64,000 nt of DNA from Eledone cirrhosa (Eukaryota): the NCBI GenBank assembly GCA_964016885.1, contig OZ024743.1, positions 304,730,001 through 304,794,000 on the forward strand. The letters run 5' to 3'. Both the position numbers and the translations under genes were made by a program. This document shows positions 13,560 through 26,721 of the stretch, piece by piece (position 1 is the stretch's first letter; every line of letters starts with the position of its first letter). Below the pieces are notes generated by a model, which saw only the letters and a program-made list of their open reading frames with translations, did not search any database and was not told the origin of the DNA.

Positions 13560-14150
13560 CATACAAATGAGCATTGAGAAAACGAAAACTTTCTTTCAAT
13601 ATTCCAATAACAACTCGCGATAACAAAGTTCTGTGCGAACTCTCAAATGTTTTAATTAACTATTTTCAAAGAGCACATCTTCTTTTAACTCCCCATACCT
13701 TAGAATTTTGACATTAATATATGATACTGGTCTTAATATTGTATGAACAATATTTAATGAAACAAGTTTCGGTGTACACAATTTTCCCCGTTAAATAAAT
13801 GTGTTAATAAAAAAAAAAAAAATTTTTTTTTAAAACGTACATGGTGTGGCAAAGTATTTTCTCAATTATAAAATTGCGCAAATGAAAATATTTGAAAAGT
13901 AGATTAACGTGTATGTCGGTGATCTGTCACAGTTAATCCAAGATCGTTATTGATAGAAAGAGAGCACTAAGTGGAGCAGAACCATAATCCTGCTTTGCTC
14001 CTAACCAGTTTTACATAGAATATTCTCGAATTATTAACTGGTTACATCTCATTATTCCTATGCCTTCTGGCAAACAAGAACAGATTTTGTATTCTACAGT
14101 GCTTTCATGACCCTGTACAGAATTCCTAAAACGATGGTGTTTACTGATTT
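13560..14150 (-). mobile_element. Possible highly decayed PIF/Harbinger transposase remnant
   Basis: Minus-strand peptides in the expected order: LGILYRVMKAL, CLPEGIGIMRCNQLII (cf. GFPxVIGAIDCTHI) and FESSHRTLLSRVVIGILKESFRFL (cf. FNxxHxxxRxxIExxFGxLKxRFRxL). Confidence 0.35.
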
Positions 14151-14700
14151 AATGACATAATGCTACTATTTATTTCAACACTTAATGTGATTTCTTCATT
14201 GTTTCAATATTCGGACATGTGCGTTATCTCTGGGCACTCCGTTTTCTACATATCATAACAATAATATAACATCCATGTTGATTAAACTCTCGATATTCCA
14301 GTTTCTACAAACTTTTATTATGATGTTATTAATTAAAATCCTTCAACAGAAAACGATCAAACATTATGTTCAATAATTGTTTCAAATTAATTAAAATTAC
14401 TATCCCTCCAGCTTCGGTCCACGCTCATAACTTCTACGCATAAACTAACTAGATGGCTCTTACACAATTACATTGTGAAGTAAATCATTCAGATTCTATC
14501 TGTGGCACAGTGCATCAGAGACAAGAATGCTATGCCATAACAATTTTAGAAAAACAAAAGAAAATCTCATATCAAAAATATATTTCATAACAGAACAAAA
14601 TCGTGATCCAATTAATCCAATATGCATTCACAAAAAAGAAAAAAAGACGAACTTTGATATATTTGTAGTTATGTTTCAACCTGGACAACGTTAGATATTT

Positions 14701-14737
<37 letters not shown>

Positions 14738-14764
14738 GTGTGTATATATTTGAGTCTCTATCTG

Positions 14765-14802
<38 letters not shown>

Positions 14803-14884
14803 ACCAAAGATTAATATGAATATAGTTTTACAATAGATTAATAGATTAAAAGCACTCTACAAAGAAGTTTTCTGGAGTTATTAA

Positions 14885-15121
14885 TATTATTCAAAATATT
14901 AATAAATGAAGACATTCACATAATCAAAATATATGTTTTATTATATATATTTCGAAGTACTGTGTTGTTTTTTCAGTACGTCCTTGTCAGATAAAATACA
15001 TAAATGTATTTTATCTGACGAGGACGTAGTGAAAAGACAGCACACTACCTTCGAAATATATATAATAAAACATATATTTTGATTATGTGAATGTCTTCAT
15101 TTATTAATATTTTGAGTAATA
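14885..15121. repeat. Long fold-back palindrome (PLE pseudo-LTR-like) in a (TA)n-bounded unit
   Basis: Arm ...AAATATTAATAAATGAAGACATTCACATAATCAAAATATATG... and its reverse complement, centred near 15001. Confidence 0.9.
15009..15070 (+). ncRNA. Type I hammerhead ribozyme motif
   Basis: TTTTAT-CTGACGA-[GTAGTG..CACTAC stem II]-GAAA-TATATA (palindromic stem III)-TA-ATAAAA. Stem I arms are complementary. Confidence 0.8.
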
Positions 15122-16485
15122 TATATATATGTGTGTGTGTGTGCGTGTGCTAGTGTGTGTGTGTGTATGTGGCTGTGAGTGTGTATGTGTGCTTGTTTGA
15201 AAGTATGTACGCATTTGTTTGTGTGTGTTTGTGTGTTCGTGCGTGAGTGTGTGTGTATTAAGTACCTTCAATTTTGACACACAAGCAAAAATATATACGA
15301 GATTAACAAACCAATGATCACATAGATAGTTCGAACTGTCTAAAAATTCAGCTATCAATCAATCAGGTAAAGATATGTAATAATATAAAATAGAGAAAGA
15401 AAGTAACGAAAAAAGAATGATAAAGGGCGAGAAGAAAAGAGTGTGGATGATTTTCTTTAGATTTCGAAATACAACTAAGAGTTAGACAAATAAATAGCCT
15501 TAGAAAACAGTTATGTTTTTCGGAAACCGTACGCGACACAGATCCGCATCATTTCTCACACATATTAATACATACACAACTAGATATCTCAACTGACACC
15601 ATGGCAAAATCAGAAAGAAATAATCATCAATTAGCATTCAATCACGCATATACTAACTGACACATATCAAGTAGTTTCATAGATTTTTGATACACTTGAT
15701 ACGTTGTTTTTATTTTTTATTTTGTGTATTATGAAGTAAATTGAGGGAAAAAACAATGACATTATCTTCAAATATATTTTTACTACGATATATATTTTAT
15801 TTTATATTTCACATTATTCTATATTTTGCTGTTTATGGCTGATATTAAATGATATATTTTAAACAGTTGCTTAATGTATATATGTTGTTACAGCTGTTAA
15901 TTGGTTTTCTTTTAGCTGGTCAGACATGCAGAACCCGAAATGGAGAAAATATATATCTAAATATAGTGATATATTGTGTTCCGTGGTAAGTTTTGAAATC
16001 ATTGTGTCCGATAATTTGCAGCCCAAACAATGTGTATATAAGGATTGTTCGACCTTCAATAAAGGCTACAAATATTTCGGTAAAATATATGGTCCCAGTT
16101 TTTGAAATTCTGAAATCTCACTCTTAGGAAAAGAAAAGAAAATATAAAACTTAAAGTTCATAGTCTGTTCCTTCAATTCCAGGTTTTAAGGTGACTTCAA
16201 CTAAAGATTATGCTTTTGTTAGACTTTGACTAAATAGTTGAAATCAGGGCTAAAGCCTTGATTTCTTGTGAAATAGAAAACAGATCTTACAGTGATTGAA
16301 TGATGAACGTCACTTACAGAGTACACCTTTTGAAAAAAACGCTGGGTTCAATATATTTATTGCTGGGGCTTTTAGTCATTTAAAAATGTTATAGTAATGT
16401 ATACTTATATTAATATAGTTATACACAATAGCTCATACGAAATCTAGAAATTGTATAGCATGTAAACTATATAAACAAACATCCG

Positions 16486-16519
<34 letters not shown>

Positions 16520-16543
16520 GGGGGTGTTGTTTATGTCTGTACG

Positions 16544-16581
<38 letters not shown>

Positions 16582-16699
16582 CAAACACACACACATACAC
16601 ACACACACTCAAACACACACATATATATATACTTTGTGCGTATGTGTGTGCGTGTTTATGTGTGTATATAGGTATTAACATATATCCACACACATGGGG

Positions 16700-17185
16700 T
16701 TAGAATGTCTAAGGAAAAATTGGCGGCAGGAGACTCAAGGATGTCTGATAACATCGATGAGCTCAGCTGGTCTCGTTTGCGAATACAGCACGATCAATGG
16801 GAGAGGGTTGTTTTTGACAGGACCAACTGGAAGGAGTGCTTGAGGACTCTGCCCAGAGTACATTCTCAGGAATAAGAGGGCGAAGAAGGAGAAGAAGAAA
16901 AAGAAGATGACGAAGACGAAGAAGAAAAAGAAGAAAGAAAAAAAGATGAAGAAGAAAAATAGAAGAAAAAAGAAAAGAAGAAGAAGAAGAAGAAGAAGAA
17001 GAAGAAGAAGAAGAAGAAAAAGAAGAAGAAGTAGATGATGACGAAGAAGAAGAAAAATAATAAGAAGAAGAAAAATAATAAGAAGAAGAAAAAGAAGATG
17101 AAGAAGAAAAGAAGAAAAGAAGAAAAGAAGAAAAACAAAAAAAGAAGGCGAAGAAGAAGAAAAAAAAGAAGAAGAAGAAGAAGAC
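16700..17185 (+). repeat. Probable LINE 3'-end remnant followed by a long degenerate (GAA)n tract
   Basis: A GC-richer stretch (16700-16880) runs into a purine-only GAA repeat (16880-17185). Confidence 0.5.
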
Positions 17186-17406
17186 GTTTAGTGTATGAAT
17201 GATTAGTATATGCCATATATATGGTTTCTCATTTCTTACATGTTATATATTCATATTGTCGTGTTACATCTATTTCAATAGAATTTCATGTTAGGCTGGA
17301 TAGTTACATACTTGATTTCATTCTGTTTACCAGTTTGTGAATGTAGCACTACTCTTCGAATCTAGCAAACATTCATTATGTTATTACCTGTTCATTATGT
17401 TATTAC

Positions 17407-17550
17407 CATAGAGTTACGTCCCTTTATGATCTGAGTTCAAATCCCGCCGAGGTTAACTTTGCCTTTCATCCTTACGGGGTCGATAAAATAAAGTACCAGT
17501 AATGTACTAGGTAATTGCTGGCCTTGTGCCTAAAATAGAAACAATTATGT
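17407..17550 (+). mobile_element. SINE with Nin/Deu-type core (5' truncated)
   Basis: B-box GAGTTCAAATC plus GCCTTTCATCCTTACGGGGTCGATAAAATAAAGTACCAG. The same family occurs at 55432, 61740 and 62975-63270. Confidence 0.8.
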
Positions 17551-17620
17551 TATTACCTGTCTCTAAAGCTTTACCTTAGGTAAAAGCTGCGTGCTGTTTA
17601 TACACACATACTCATACAAG

Positions 17621-17665
<45 letters not shown>

Positions 17666-17688
17666 AAGTGTGTGTGCGTTATGTATGT

Positions 17689-17719
<31 letters not shown>

Positions 17720-20449
17720 CATATAAATATATATATACATATATGTGTGTGTGTGTATATATATATACATAGATATGTGTGTGTGTGTGTGTCTGTGTGT
17801 CTGTGTCGGTCTGTTTGTGTGTGTTAATGTCTGTCTTATCTATGTACATATATATATATACGACACTAAGTCTATTGTTATGTAAATTCAAACATTGTAA
17901 CATGAAGATGCTCTACTTTCGTGTTTTTCTTTTCGCAATTCTGTCTTTTATCTGCATGTATACATACTTGCATACAGTCAGAACACACATATATGCATAT
18001 ATAATTTAATCTACAAACATATATACGTGCTAATATATGTATACACACTCCCCCCCCCCCCCCCACACACACACATATATATGCATGTAAGCATATTACA
18101 TATTCATACGATATGGTAAGTTACAAGAAATTGCCTTCGTGAGCAGAAATACAATATAGTTTTGAAACTTTATCTCAACTTGTTTCCATTAGCTATATTA
18201 AAATTGTATTTTGTTTCCTTATTTTGTCTTATTTTTCTTCTTCATTCAGACTTTTTAAGCTTCCTTTCTAGATCTATTTGTTCCATTTTCCACCATATGA
18301 CAGTAGTGTTTACGTCATTTATTTTTATTTCAATTTTTGTTTCCTCAATAATCTTTTCTCGCTAGTATTCCTCATAACGAATGTTGAATTTCGTAACGTG
18401 TATTCCCGTGATTGTTATTACATTTGGTTATTTCTGGCGATTGCCCACAGTCTTTGTTGCTGTCATATTGTCAGATTTTATTTTGCTTTTTGACTCAAGT
18501 ATTACGTATCTTTATATTATTTTATTGTCATCGACGGTTGCTGCTCAATTTGCTAGACGTATATCGTTGGTATTAATTGATGAACTACGGTAGCAGTTTT
18601 CATCACTGTAGTGATGAAAATACACAGGGAAAGGACATTTTACTTAATTCACTGTCGTTGTTGTCATCATCATCACCAGGAGCTTCCTCATCATCCTTTT
18701 CTGCTCCCTACCCTAATCTTCGCTTTCACACCATCACCAATATCATATTTAACATATTCTTCAGGGGAATAATGAACATGTTAATTATTATTACTAACAT
18801 CTTTATTATTGTCACAGGTATTTGCTTTCCTCGTTATTCATCAAACTTCATCATAGTTTTCAGTTGTAGTTAATTCATCAGTCTGGCCATTTTATAATGG
18901 TTGTTCATTATTTTTCTTTATAGAAGAGTTCTAAAAAGATGATAATAGTCAATGGTTAGGATTGTAAAGAGAATATTTTAGTGTAAAACAACAGCTAAAG
19001 GGATCTGACTTAGGTAGTTTAGAAGAGAATAAGATAATAAGTTCCCCACCATCACAAATGGTAGGGAACGTATTAGTCCTGATGTTTCCGTTTGCATGGA
19101 ATTTTTTATGTTGTTAAATACAAATCGCTATAGGTTTCCTTTTGTTTAGTTAATACTTTATATTACTTTAAACACTTTTGATGGCACATACTATTTACCA
19201 TCTAATTTTCTGTCTAGCATTTTTCGTTTTACTTCTATCTATTACTCCTTTTCATATATTTTATTTTTCCTCTAGCACTGAACTTTGTATCTAATTATTC
19301 TGAGCTCTTGCACAAAACGTGATTTCTCTAACATTGAACGGTGTGTTTTTATCCTGTTATTATAAAAATACATATGATTTCTTGTTAATGTCATTTATAT
19401 TCTTGCAGATGACAAAGATTGTAACTACAAGGTATAACAATCCTTTCTAAATAACACTATTTTCTGCTCTTAAATGATCTACATCTATTGTCATTTGCCA
19501 TTACTAATATTTCATTATCTACTTGTTCACTGAATATACCATGTCCATGCGAATTCATTGAAATATTAAATCAACTAATTCTAGATTAGATTCGTTCAAC
19601 TTAAATACATACATTAAATATTCTGCTATTATATTTACTGCAAAATTTATTGCGTACTTTAGATATTCCTTCCATTAGTATCATGCTAAATGTCCACGCA
19701 TATTTATATGGGTATGCCGTTTCTTGTATCCTATCATTGGGGAGAAAGGTTTTCTTTGAAGTTAGAGTTTTAACATTTATTTCTATATACGACCTTCATT
19801 TCACACGTACTGTGGTACGATTTAGATTTTAGTTATATTAGAAATCTTATTCAGTTAATTGTCAGAATGTTACTGTAGTAATATTCGATTATATATTGTA
19901 CTATCGTTTATAACAAAGGCACTTATAGGACATTTTGTGGTTTGGAACAATAAAGGGGAACATTAAAACTATATACTTACAAACAGTAACATATACACAC
20001 ACACGTACACATACACCCACACACTTACACACAAACACGTACATACACACAAACACACACACACACAAACACGTACATACACACACATACACACACACAT
20101 ATATATATAGTGACGAATAAGTAATCAAAATAGGTTTTTACAACAATTTATCGGAAGTTTTCCATTACAAATGTTTAGATGGGTTTGACGACTATGCAGT
20201 GTATTAGTTCCATAGTATCAATCTGGTCTCTTCAGATGGTCTTCGGGATATGATTTTTATGCGCCCTGGCTCTCAGGAGAATTCGGGGTGAAGAGACAGG
20301 GGAACTTATATATATGTCAATCGATGTTCTCTCAATATCAGCTTACCTCGGGATACTTCCAGATTTACCAGTTACAATACCATAACTCTTCGTATGACTG
20401 CATATAATATAATATATAATATAATATAATATAATACAAAATGATATAG

Positions 20450-20490
<41 letters not shown>

Positions 20491-21285
20491 ATTTGTGTGC
20501 TTACATGTGTGGGTGTGTGTGAATGTGTGTGTATGTATGTTTCTCTCTCTCTCTCTCTATGTTATTGCTGTCATTATATATATTTTAGGAGCATGGATAT
20601 TATTTCTGCCAGTGAAATTGTAAATATTTTCGAATCTGTCCAAATAAACATTTTCTATCCGTACAACTTTCAAACAAAGTTTACTGATATATCTATTCCA
20701 CAACTTATGGAAAGGGGAAATGTCTAGCTCCCATATTTCATCCTCTTCGTGGAATTTCAAATCATCTGTCAGATACGATAGTATGTTTGTTGCATTTATT
20801 CATTTCGAAGGCATTTTGATATATTTGTTCAGTTGCCTGCCAATACTTAGGAGACCGCCAAAGTGCGCACAATATATAATATATAATTTAAGGACAGCCA
20901 TGTAGGGAGATAGATTTTGAGCCTGGCCTTCGCATACCATATTTACTCTAAGAAATTGCCGTGTATAAGATAAATTTATGGTAAGAAAATAAAATGAATA
21001 GCAGATGTACTATCACGCAGTTATATCGCAATAAATAGTACAGTATGTGTAGAGCTAACAAATATCGTGATGTTGAATACTGTTAGAACAAGGCACCATA
21101 TATTCCTCTCTTTTAAAGCTGTTATTGACAGAATATAAACATCTAATATAAATAGAGAATAATTAGAAAGTAATAACTGAAGCCCTAATGACTACTTACA
21201 AACAAGTCAACATAGAATGGTTACTACAATAATACAAACTATGAACTAATTACAGCTACGAAACAAACTAATATATATATATATA

Positions 21286-21497
21286 TAATATAAAACGAAA
21301 AATCAGTGATGTATCTGAAGTCAATTTATTGTGTGTTACAATTGTTTCGCCGGCGGACAGCTCGAGACACGATCATTGTGTGGATCTGTCTGATTCTGGA
21401 TCCGCAGGTTCGACGGACACGTCTAATGATTTCGGAGCAAATTCTCTCACAATAAATTGAGTTCAGATGCATCACTGATTTTTCGTTTTATATTATA
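21286..21497. repeat. Inverted repeat with about 50-bp arms, starting at a (TA)n tract
   Basis: ATAATATAAAACGAAAAATCAGTGATG..TCAATTTATTGTG and its reverse complement at 21448-21497. Confidence 0.8.
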
Positions 21498-21567
21498 TCA
21501 TATTCTGCTCTGTAATAACATAGAGTGTTCAACCGGCATACCACCTATGGAAGCATTTTAGCTACCA

Positions 21568-21661
<94 letters not shown>

Positions 21662-21750
21662 CTTATACAGTTTTATATGCAATTGAGATTAATCACATCA
21701 TTTACACATATAATCTGGTCTGTTTTCAAAGTCTAGCAGTTGGAAGAGTG

Positions 21751-21809
21751 GGAGGGATCGTGCTGATGAGAACCAGTTCAGTTCGAAATGCGCTTCCACG
21801 ATTGTCTCC
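21751..21809 (+). ncRNA. Minimal type I hammerhead ribozyme
   Basis: GATCGTG-CTGATGA-GAAC[CAGTTCA]GTTC-GAAA-TGCGCT-TC-CACGATT. Stem I is extended by GGAG/CTCC. Confidence 0.85.
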
Positions 21810-21976
21810 ATTGCTTCTACTGGACACCGCCAGGCGGCGTTAGTCACTCGTGTTTTGGCATAGCTACGGCTCTCCAAAAGTTTATTTTAAACATACCGTA
21901 TTTCTTCTGAAATATGAAATTCCCAAACATATCTGAATACAAGTATGCCTGAAGCTAAATTGTAGTTATATATATT

Positions 21977-22052
<76 letters not shown>

Positions 22053-22056
<4 letters not shown>

Positions 22057-22151
22057 GGTTTGAGGTTCACCACTGTATAGAGCTGGTCTATTCCGTATGG
22101 TCAATCGTAATGCAATAATATAGAGAGTACTCAACGTAAGGCAGTTCAACC
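22053..22151. repeat. Copy of the (TA)n-adjacent repeat end also at 41954-42051; abuts the broken end of Tx1 family B copy 1
   Basis: TTCAGGTTTGAGGTTCACCACTG.ATAGAGCTGGTC.ATTCCGTATGGTCAATC.TAATG.AATAATAT...GCAGTTCAACCG follows (TA)n at both sites. Confidence 0.85.
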
Positions 22152-25100
22152 GGACCAGACCAGACCCCTAGCAATTTAACCGGTCCATCCGTCCAGCGCC
22201 CGACGACGCTGTTGGACGGCATGGACCTGCCTCTCCATGTGCCGAGCTGTAGGCCCACTGCCTTTTCCTGGTTGACCATTGCTCCTGTCACCGCTTCGTA
22301 TTCTCTTAGTGTAGTGCCGATCGCCTCGATGTGTTCGGCGTTCGACACCACTACGGTGACATCGTCCGCATATGCTGACACGGATCTTCCGCATCCTAGT
22401 TCGCGCGGGACCCCCCTAAACATCTCCAGTTTGTGCAGTAATGGCTCGACAGTCAATACGTACAAGAGGGTCGAGAGGGGACATCCTTGGCGGACCGAGC
22501 GCATGATGTTGAACGGTTCTGAAAGGTGACCGTTCACTCTCACCACAGAGCAGATGTCACTGTGCATGGCAGCGATCCAGCCTCTGAAGACGGGCCCAAA
22601 GCCAGCCGCCCTCAGGACTGCCGCTAGGTAACGATGGTCGACCCTATCGAAGGCTTTCGACTGATCTAAATTTATCAAAGACCCACCCGTACCAGGTTAC
22701 CTAGCTACCCTCTCTACGATGTATCGCATGAGGTGGAGGTTGTCGTGGATGGATCTGTCGGGAATGGCGCATGTCTGCGCCTCTCCCATCAGACCACCAA
22801 CGACAAGCGCCAACCTCTTTGCTAGCACCTTGGCCAAAATCTTGAACTCTGTGTTTAGCAGGGTTATGGGCCTAAAATTATCAATGCTATCCCCCTTGTT
22901 CGGATCCTTTCTCAGCAGCGCCACCGCTCCTTGGCTCACAGAGCTGAGAATTCTCCCGTTCTGTTACCAATTGCAGTAGACGTCCGCCAAGAGGCCTCCG
23001 AACAATTCTGGCATTTGTACGTAAAGTTCATAGGGCAGACCATCCAAACCAGGCGATTTACCCCTTGTGCAGCCAGTCATTGCCGCCCGTACCTCAGCGG
23101 TTGTTATTGGCTTTTCACAACACTCCGCCTCAGTGGCCGAGAGCCGCGGCAGCCCGTCGAGGTAGACACTAAAGTCCATCCCTCGATCCGGCCCGCCGCT
23201 ACCCCCGAACAGTTGAGCGAAGTGTCGCTGAAAAGCTTCACACATTTGCCCGGGATCAAGTAGCATGCGCCCGTCTTGGTCCACCAAAGACCGGATCGTG
23301 GCTTTGTTGCCACGACGCGCCTCCGCCACTCGGGCCCATTGAACGGCTTTCGTCCCCTCGTGTCTGAGAGCACGCACCCTAGCTCTGACAACGCAGCCTT
23401 CGTGCTTTGCATTGAAGAATTGGTCAAGGGCCAATTTCGCCGCACTTACTCGGTCGCGATGCCTTTGCAAAGCGCCTCGTCTAATTTTCTAACTAATTCT
23501 CCCTCTGCTCTATTTTTCTCTATTGCTAAAGCCTTACTAAACCTAATGGACTCTATTCTAATTGCTCTTTTCAGAGCAAACCACCACTTGTTGTTGACGA
23601 TGGTCCCCGTCAACGCCCTCTTAACTAGTTCGCTAATCCGGTCTCTGTAGGTCTTGCGCGTTTAGCTTCCAGTAGCCGGGTCCTCGTCTATGAAGCCTAT
23701 CTAAGTCAAGCACACAGATCACGAATTTGTGGTCCGTGTAGCTGACTATCTTGAATTGTGGACAGCCTATGCTAGACCTATCTATTTCCCTACAAAATAC
23801 TCTATCTAGATATGATCTGGATGACCCTATGCGATTTGTCCAAGTCCACATTGGTACATTCGGGAAATCCAATCGGTACCTGTCAGACAGTTCAAAACGC
23901 CTGAGCAGGTTGGTGAGACTCTTGCACCCTCCTCCCCTATCCACTAATCCAACACAATCCTAGCGTGCATCTAAGATCCCGTTCCAGTCGCCCACTAACA
24001 CTAAAGAGGGGGGGTTCCAAGAAAGGTCTCCAGACGTCGGAAGAAATCAGGCCGCCCTGCTCCTGTCGGGGCATAGACGGCCACTAGCCTGAAAGCTTGC
24101 CCGTCTCCGCTGGTCACGTCCAGCACCACCAACTTACCTTCTGGGTCCAGGAAGATGGCCCGTATGGCAAGATCCAAACCTCTCCGAAAAAGCACAGCAA
24201 CTCCTCCCGCCGATCCCGGACGGCTGGGAGATGCGTACACATCGTAGCAGCCGAAGATCGGTGCGAAGGCCCGTGCTTCGGAGATTCTGGTCTCGCTGAT
24301 GGCCACTACATCTATGTTTAGTGACCTGAGGTCGTTGAGCAGGTGGCCCTGCTTCCATGACGACCCCAAGCCACACGCATTTATGCTGCCTATTCTGAAT
24401 CAGTTCATGTTGAAATGGAGTGGAAAAGATGGGAAAGACCACTTACCTTACTTCTCGTAGAGGAAGGACGGTTTTTCCATCCTTTTCACTGCTTGTGGCC
24501 GCCTCAGGAAGGATGTCCTTATAAATCCTCCTGGAGAGTGCTTGTGGAAGTCTCCGATGTCTTTGGGGAATTTTTGTTTTAGAGTCATGTACGTTTTCTG
24601 TGTGATGCGAGTGATTTGTATGTGTGGAGGTGGTGTGAATTTTTGGTTTGTTGTGTAGTCTTTTTCTGTGATGCTGGTGTTGTGTTGGATGTAGTGTAAT
24701 AATTGGTTGTTGTTCAAATTTAATGCTATGTAGTGCGTATCGTTTTGATTGTTTTGTTTTGTTTGCGTTTGTTGTGGGTTTGTTTCTGTTTCGCATTTTG
24801 GTGACTTTTGTGGTGTAGGTGATGGTGGTGTTGGGGTTAATGATGGTGATGGTGTTGGTGTTTGGGGTGATGGGGTTAGTGATGCTGGTGTGGATGGTGG
24901 CATATCTGCCCTAACTTTTTTGTTTGTTAATTTATTTGTTTACTTCTGTATTTTGTTTTTGGAGGGGGAAGGAAGAGAATTTTTTTCTATTTTGGTTTCT
25001 TATTTTTCTTTTTTCCTGATACCGTTTCCCACTCCTCGTCGTTACAATCTGTCTCCAGTTGTGATAGGCCGGGGAGTAGAAAATCCTCCACAGCCGTTAG

Positions 25101-26670
25101 TTTTAGTTGTGGCGTGGTGGATGGTGTAGGCGCTGGTGCTAGTTCTGAAGCGTTGTGTGGTGGTGGTATCGGTTTTGCTGGTGGTGGTGGTGGTGTTGGT
25201 TTTGCTACTGTTGCTGGGGTTGTTGCTGTTATAGTTGCTTCTGTTGTTGCTGCTGCAGTTGTTGCTGCCATCTCTGCTACTGATGGTGTTTATGGTTGAG
25301 TCACTGGGGTGGGTAGGATAGGTGGCCTCAACCTTTTAGCCTGAGGGCAGAAAGCCCTTAGGTGGGTTCCTTCACTACAAACGACACACCTAGGCCTTCT
25401 GCCCTCGACAATTACGGTGAGGTGGCTGCCGTCAGTGAGGTCTATTACCTCTGGGATCTCCTCAATGCTTTTTTGGTCCGCTTGGATCAGGAGCTCCATC
25501 CCAGATCCGGACCAGTTCTCCTGCTTTTCTTTTGCTATTGCTATTATCTTGGTGTTGGCTTCGATGCCGGCGAGGACGGCCGCTATTAGCCAGGGAATTT
25601 CGATGGCTGGTGGAACGTGGGTCACCCTGATCTTTACGAGTCTCTGTCACCCTGATCTTTACGAGTCTCTGGCCACAATAGCTTGGGACGAGTGTGAAGT
25701 CGTCAGTTCTTAATGGGGCCATGGTGTGTTCTCTAGCCTCCTCTGGTGTTTCAAAGAACACGTCCACGGTTCCATACTTCTGTCCACGTCTGATGTGGGT
25801 TTTTCTTGCCCACACATGTCCCAAAGCTTTTTGGATTTGGGACTCGGATGCCCGTTCCACTCGGCGCGATTTTACATTAATTGTTCGATACGACACGGTG
25901 CATAGGCGCCGATGCTCCATTTTATTAGGTGTGTGTGGGGGGGGGGCTGACCCTGTACCCATGTTTCTTTACCATTTTTTTGGCATTTTGTAATTCCTCC
26001 TGAGTTACCGTAAATGCTTCGCACTGTTTTGCTACTCTGGCAAAACTCAGGGTGGTTTTTTTAATGTCATTGTTGTTGTTATCGTTATTGTTGTTATTAT
26101 TAATTTTAGTTTCAGTTGTGGTGGTGGTGACGTCAGTGGTGTTCGTTGTGGAAGAGTCCATTTTGGTTGAAAACATTTCGACATCACGAGTTGATTTATT
26201 TTTTCCTTTTGTTTCTGTTGTCGCGGTGGTGGTGGGGGTGGTGGTTGTCGCGGTGGTGGTGGTGGGGGTGGCGGCTTTAACACCTTCAGTCATTGGTAAT
26301 GGCGGGAAATGAATGTCTGCCTGAGACAAATTTAAAATATTGCTAGTACTTAAATTGTTTGTGTTGGCAAACGTAGTATCATTTCCAATGGTGGTGTCGG
26401 TGTGAGGTGTTAATTTGTGAGGAAGGCTTTCAGCTGCTTGGTGCAGAGGTGAATTAGCCATTCTTTTTCAAAGAAATTTTTTGATAATCATAAAAGTTTA
26501 AATTTTGGGCACAAGGCCCCAATCTTTTTGGGTGTCCTTTTCGGAAAACAATGTATGTGCGCTTATATATAGTTAACAATAAAAATTTTCCATAAATGGC
26601 AATTTTTAACAAACGGAAATAACAAACCTTTGCGGAGCTCACGATGATACGATTTACTACATAGGTCGCC
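22152..26670 (-). mobile_element. Tx1 family B copy 1 (5' UTR, ORF1, APE, RT; 3' part missing)
   Basis: ORF1 with CVVCSEGTHLRAFC knuckle. ORF2 pieces carry AISETR, SYLDRVF, YTDHK, KSPGLDG, RQGCPLS and AYADD. A 25-bp tandem duplication at 25621-25670 frameshifts ORF1. The 5' end abuts (TAA)n. Confidence 0.9.

Positions 26671-26721
<51 letters not shown>
26671..26721. repeat. (AAT)n microsatellite, left flank of the R4/Dong insertion
   Basis: Pure AAT run. Confidence 0.95.

Noticed and set aside
16866-17216. Poly-Phe/Ser membrane-like ORF
   Set aside because: It is the antisense reading of the (GAA)n tract.
20175-20240. Minus-strand hammerhead (CTGAAGA...)
   Set aside because: The GAAA core and stem I pairing are not intact, so it is too degenerate to call.
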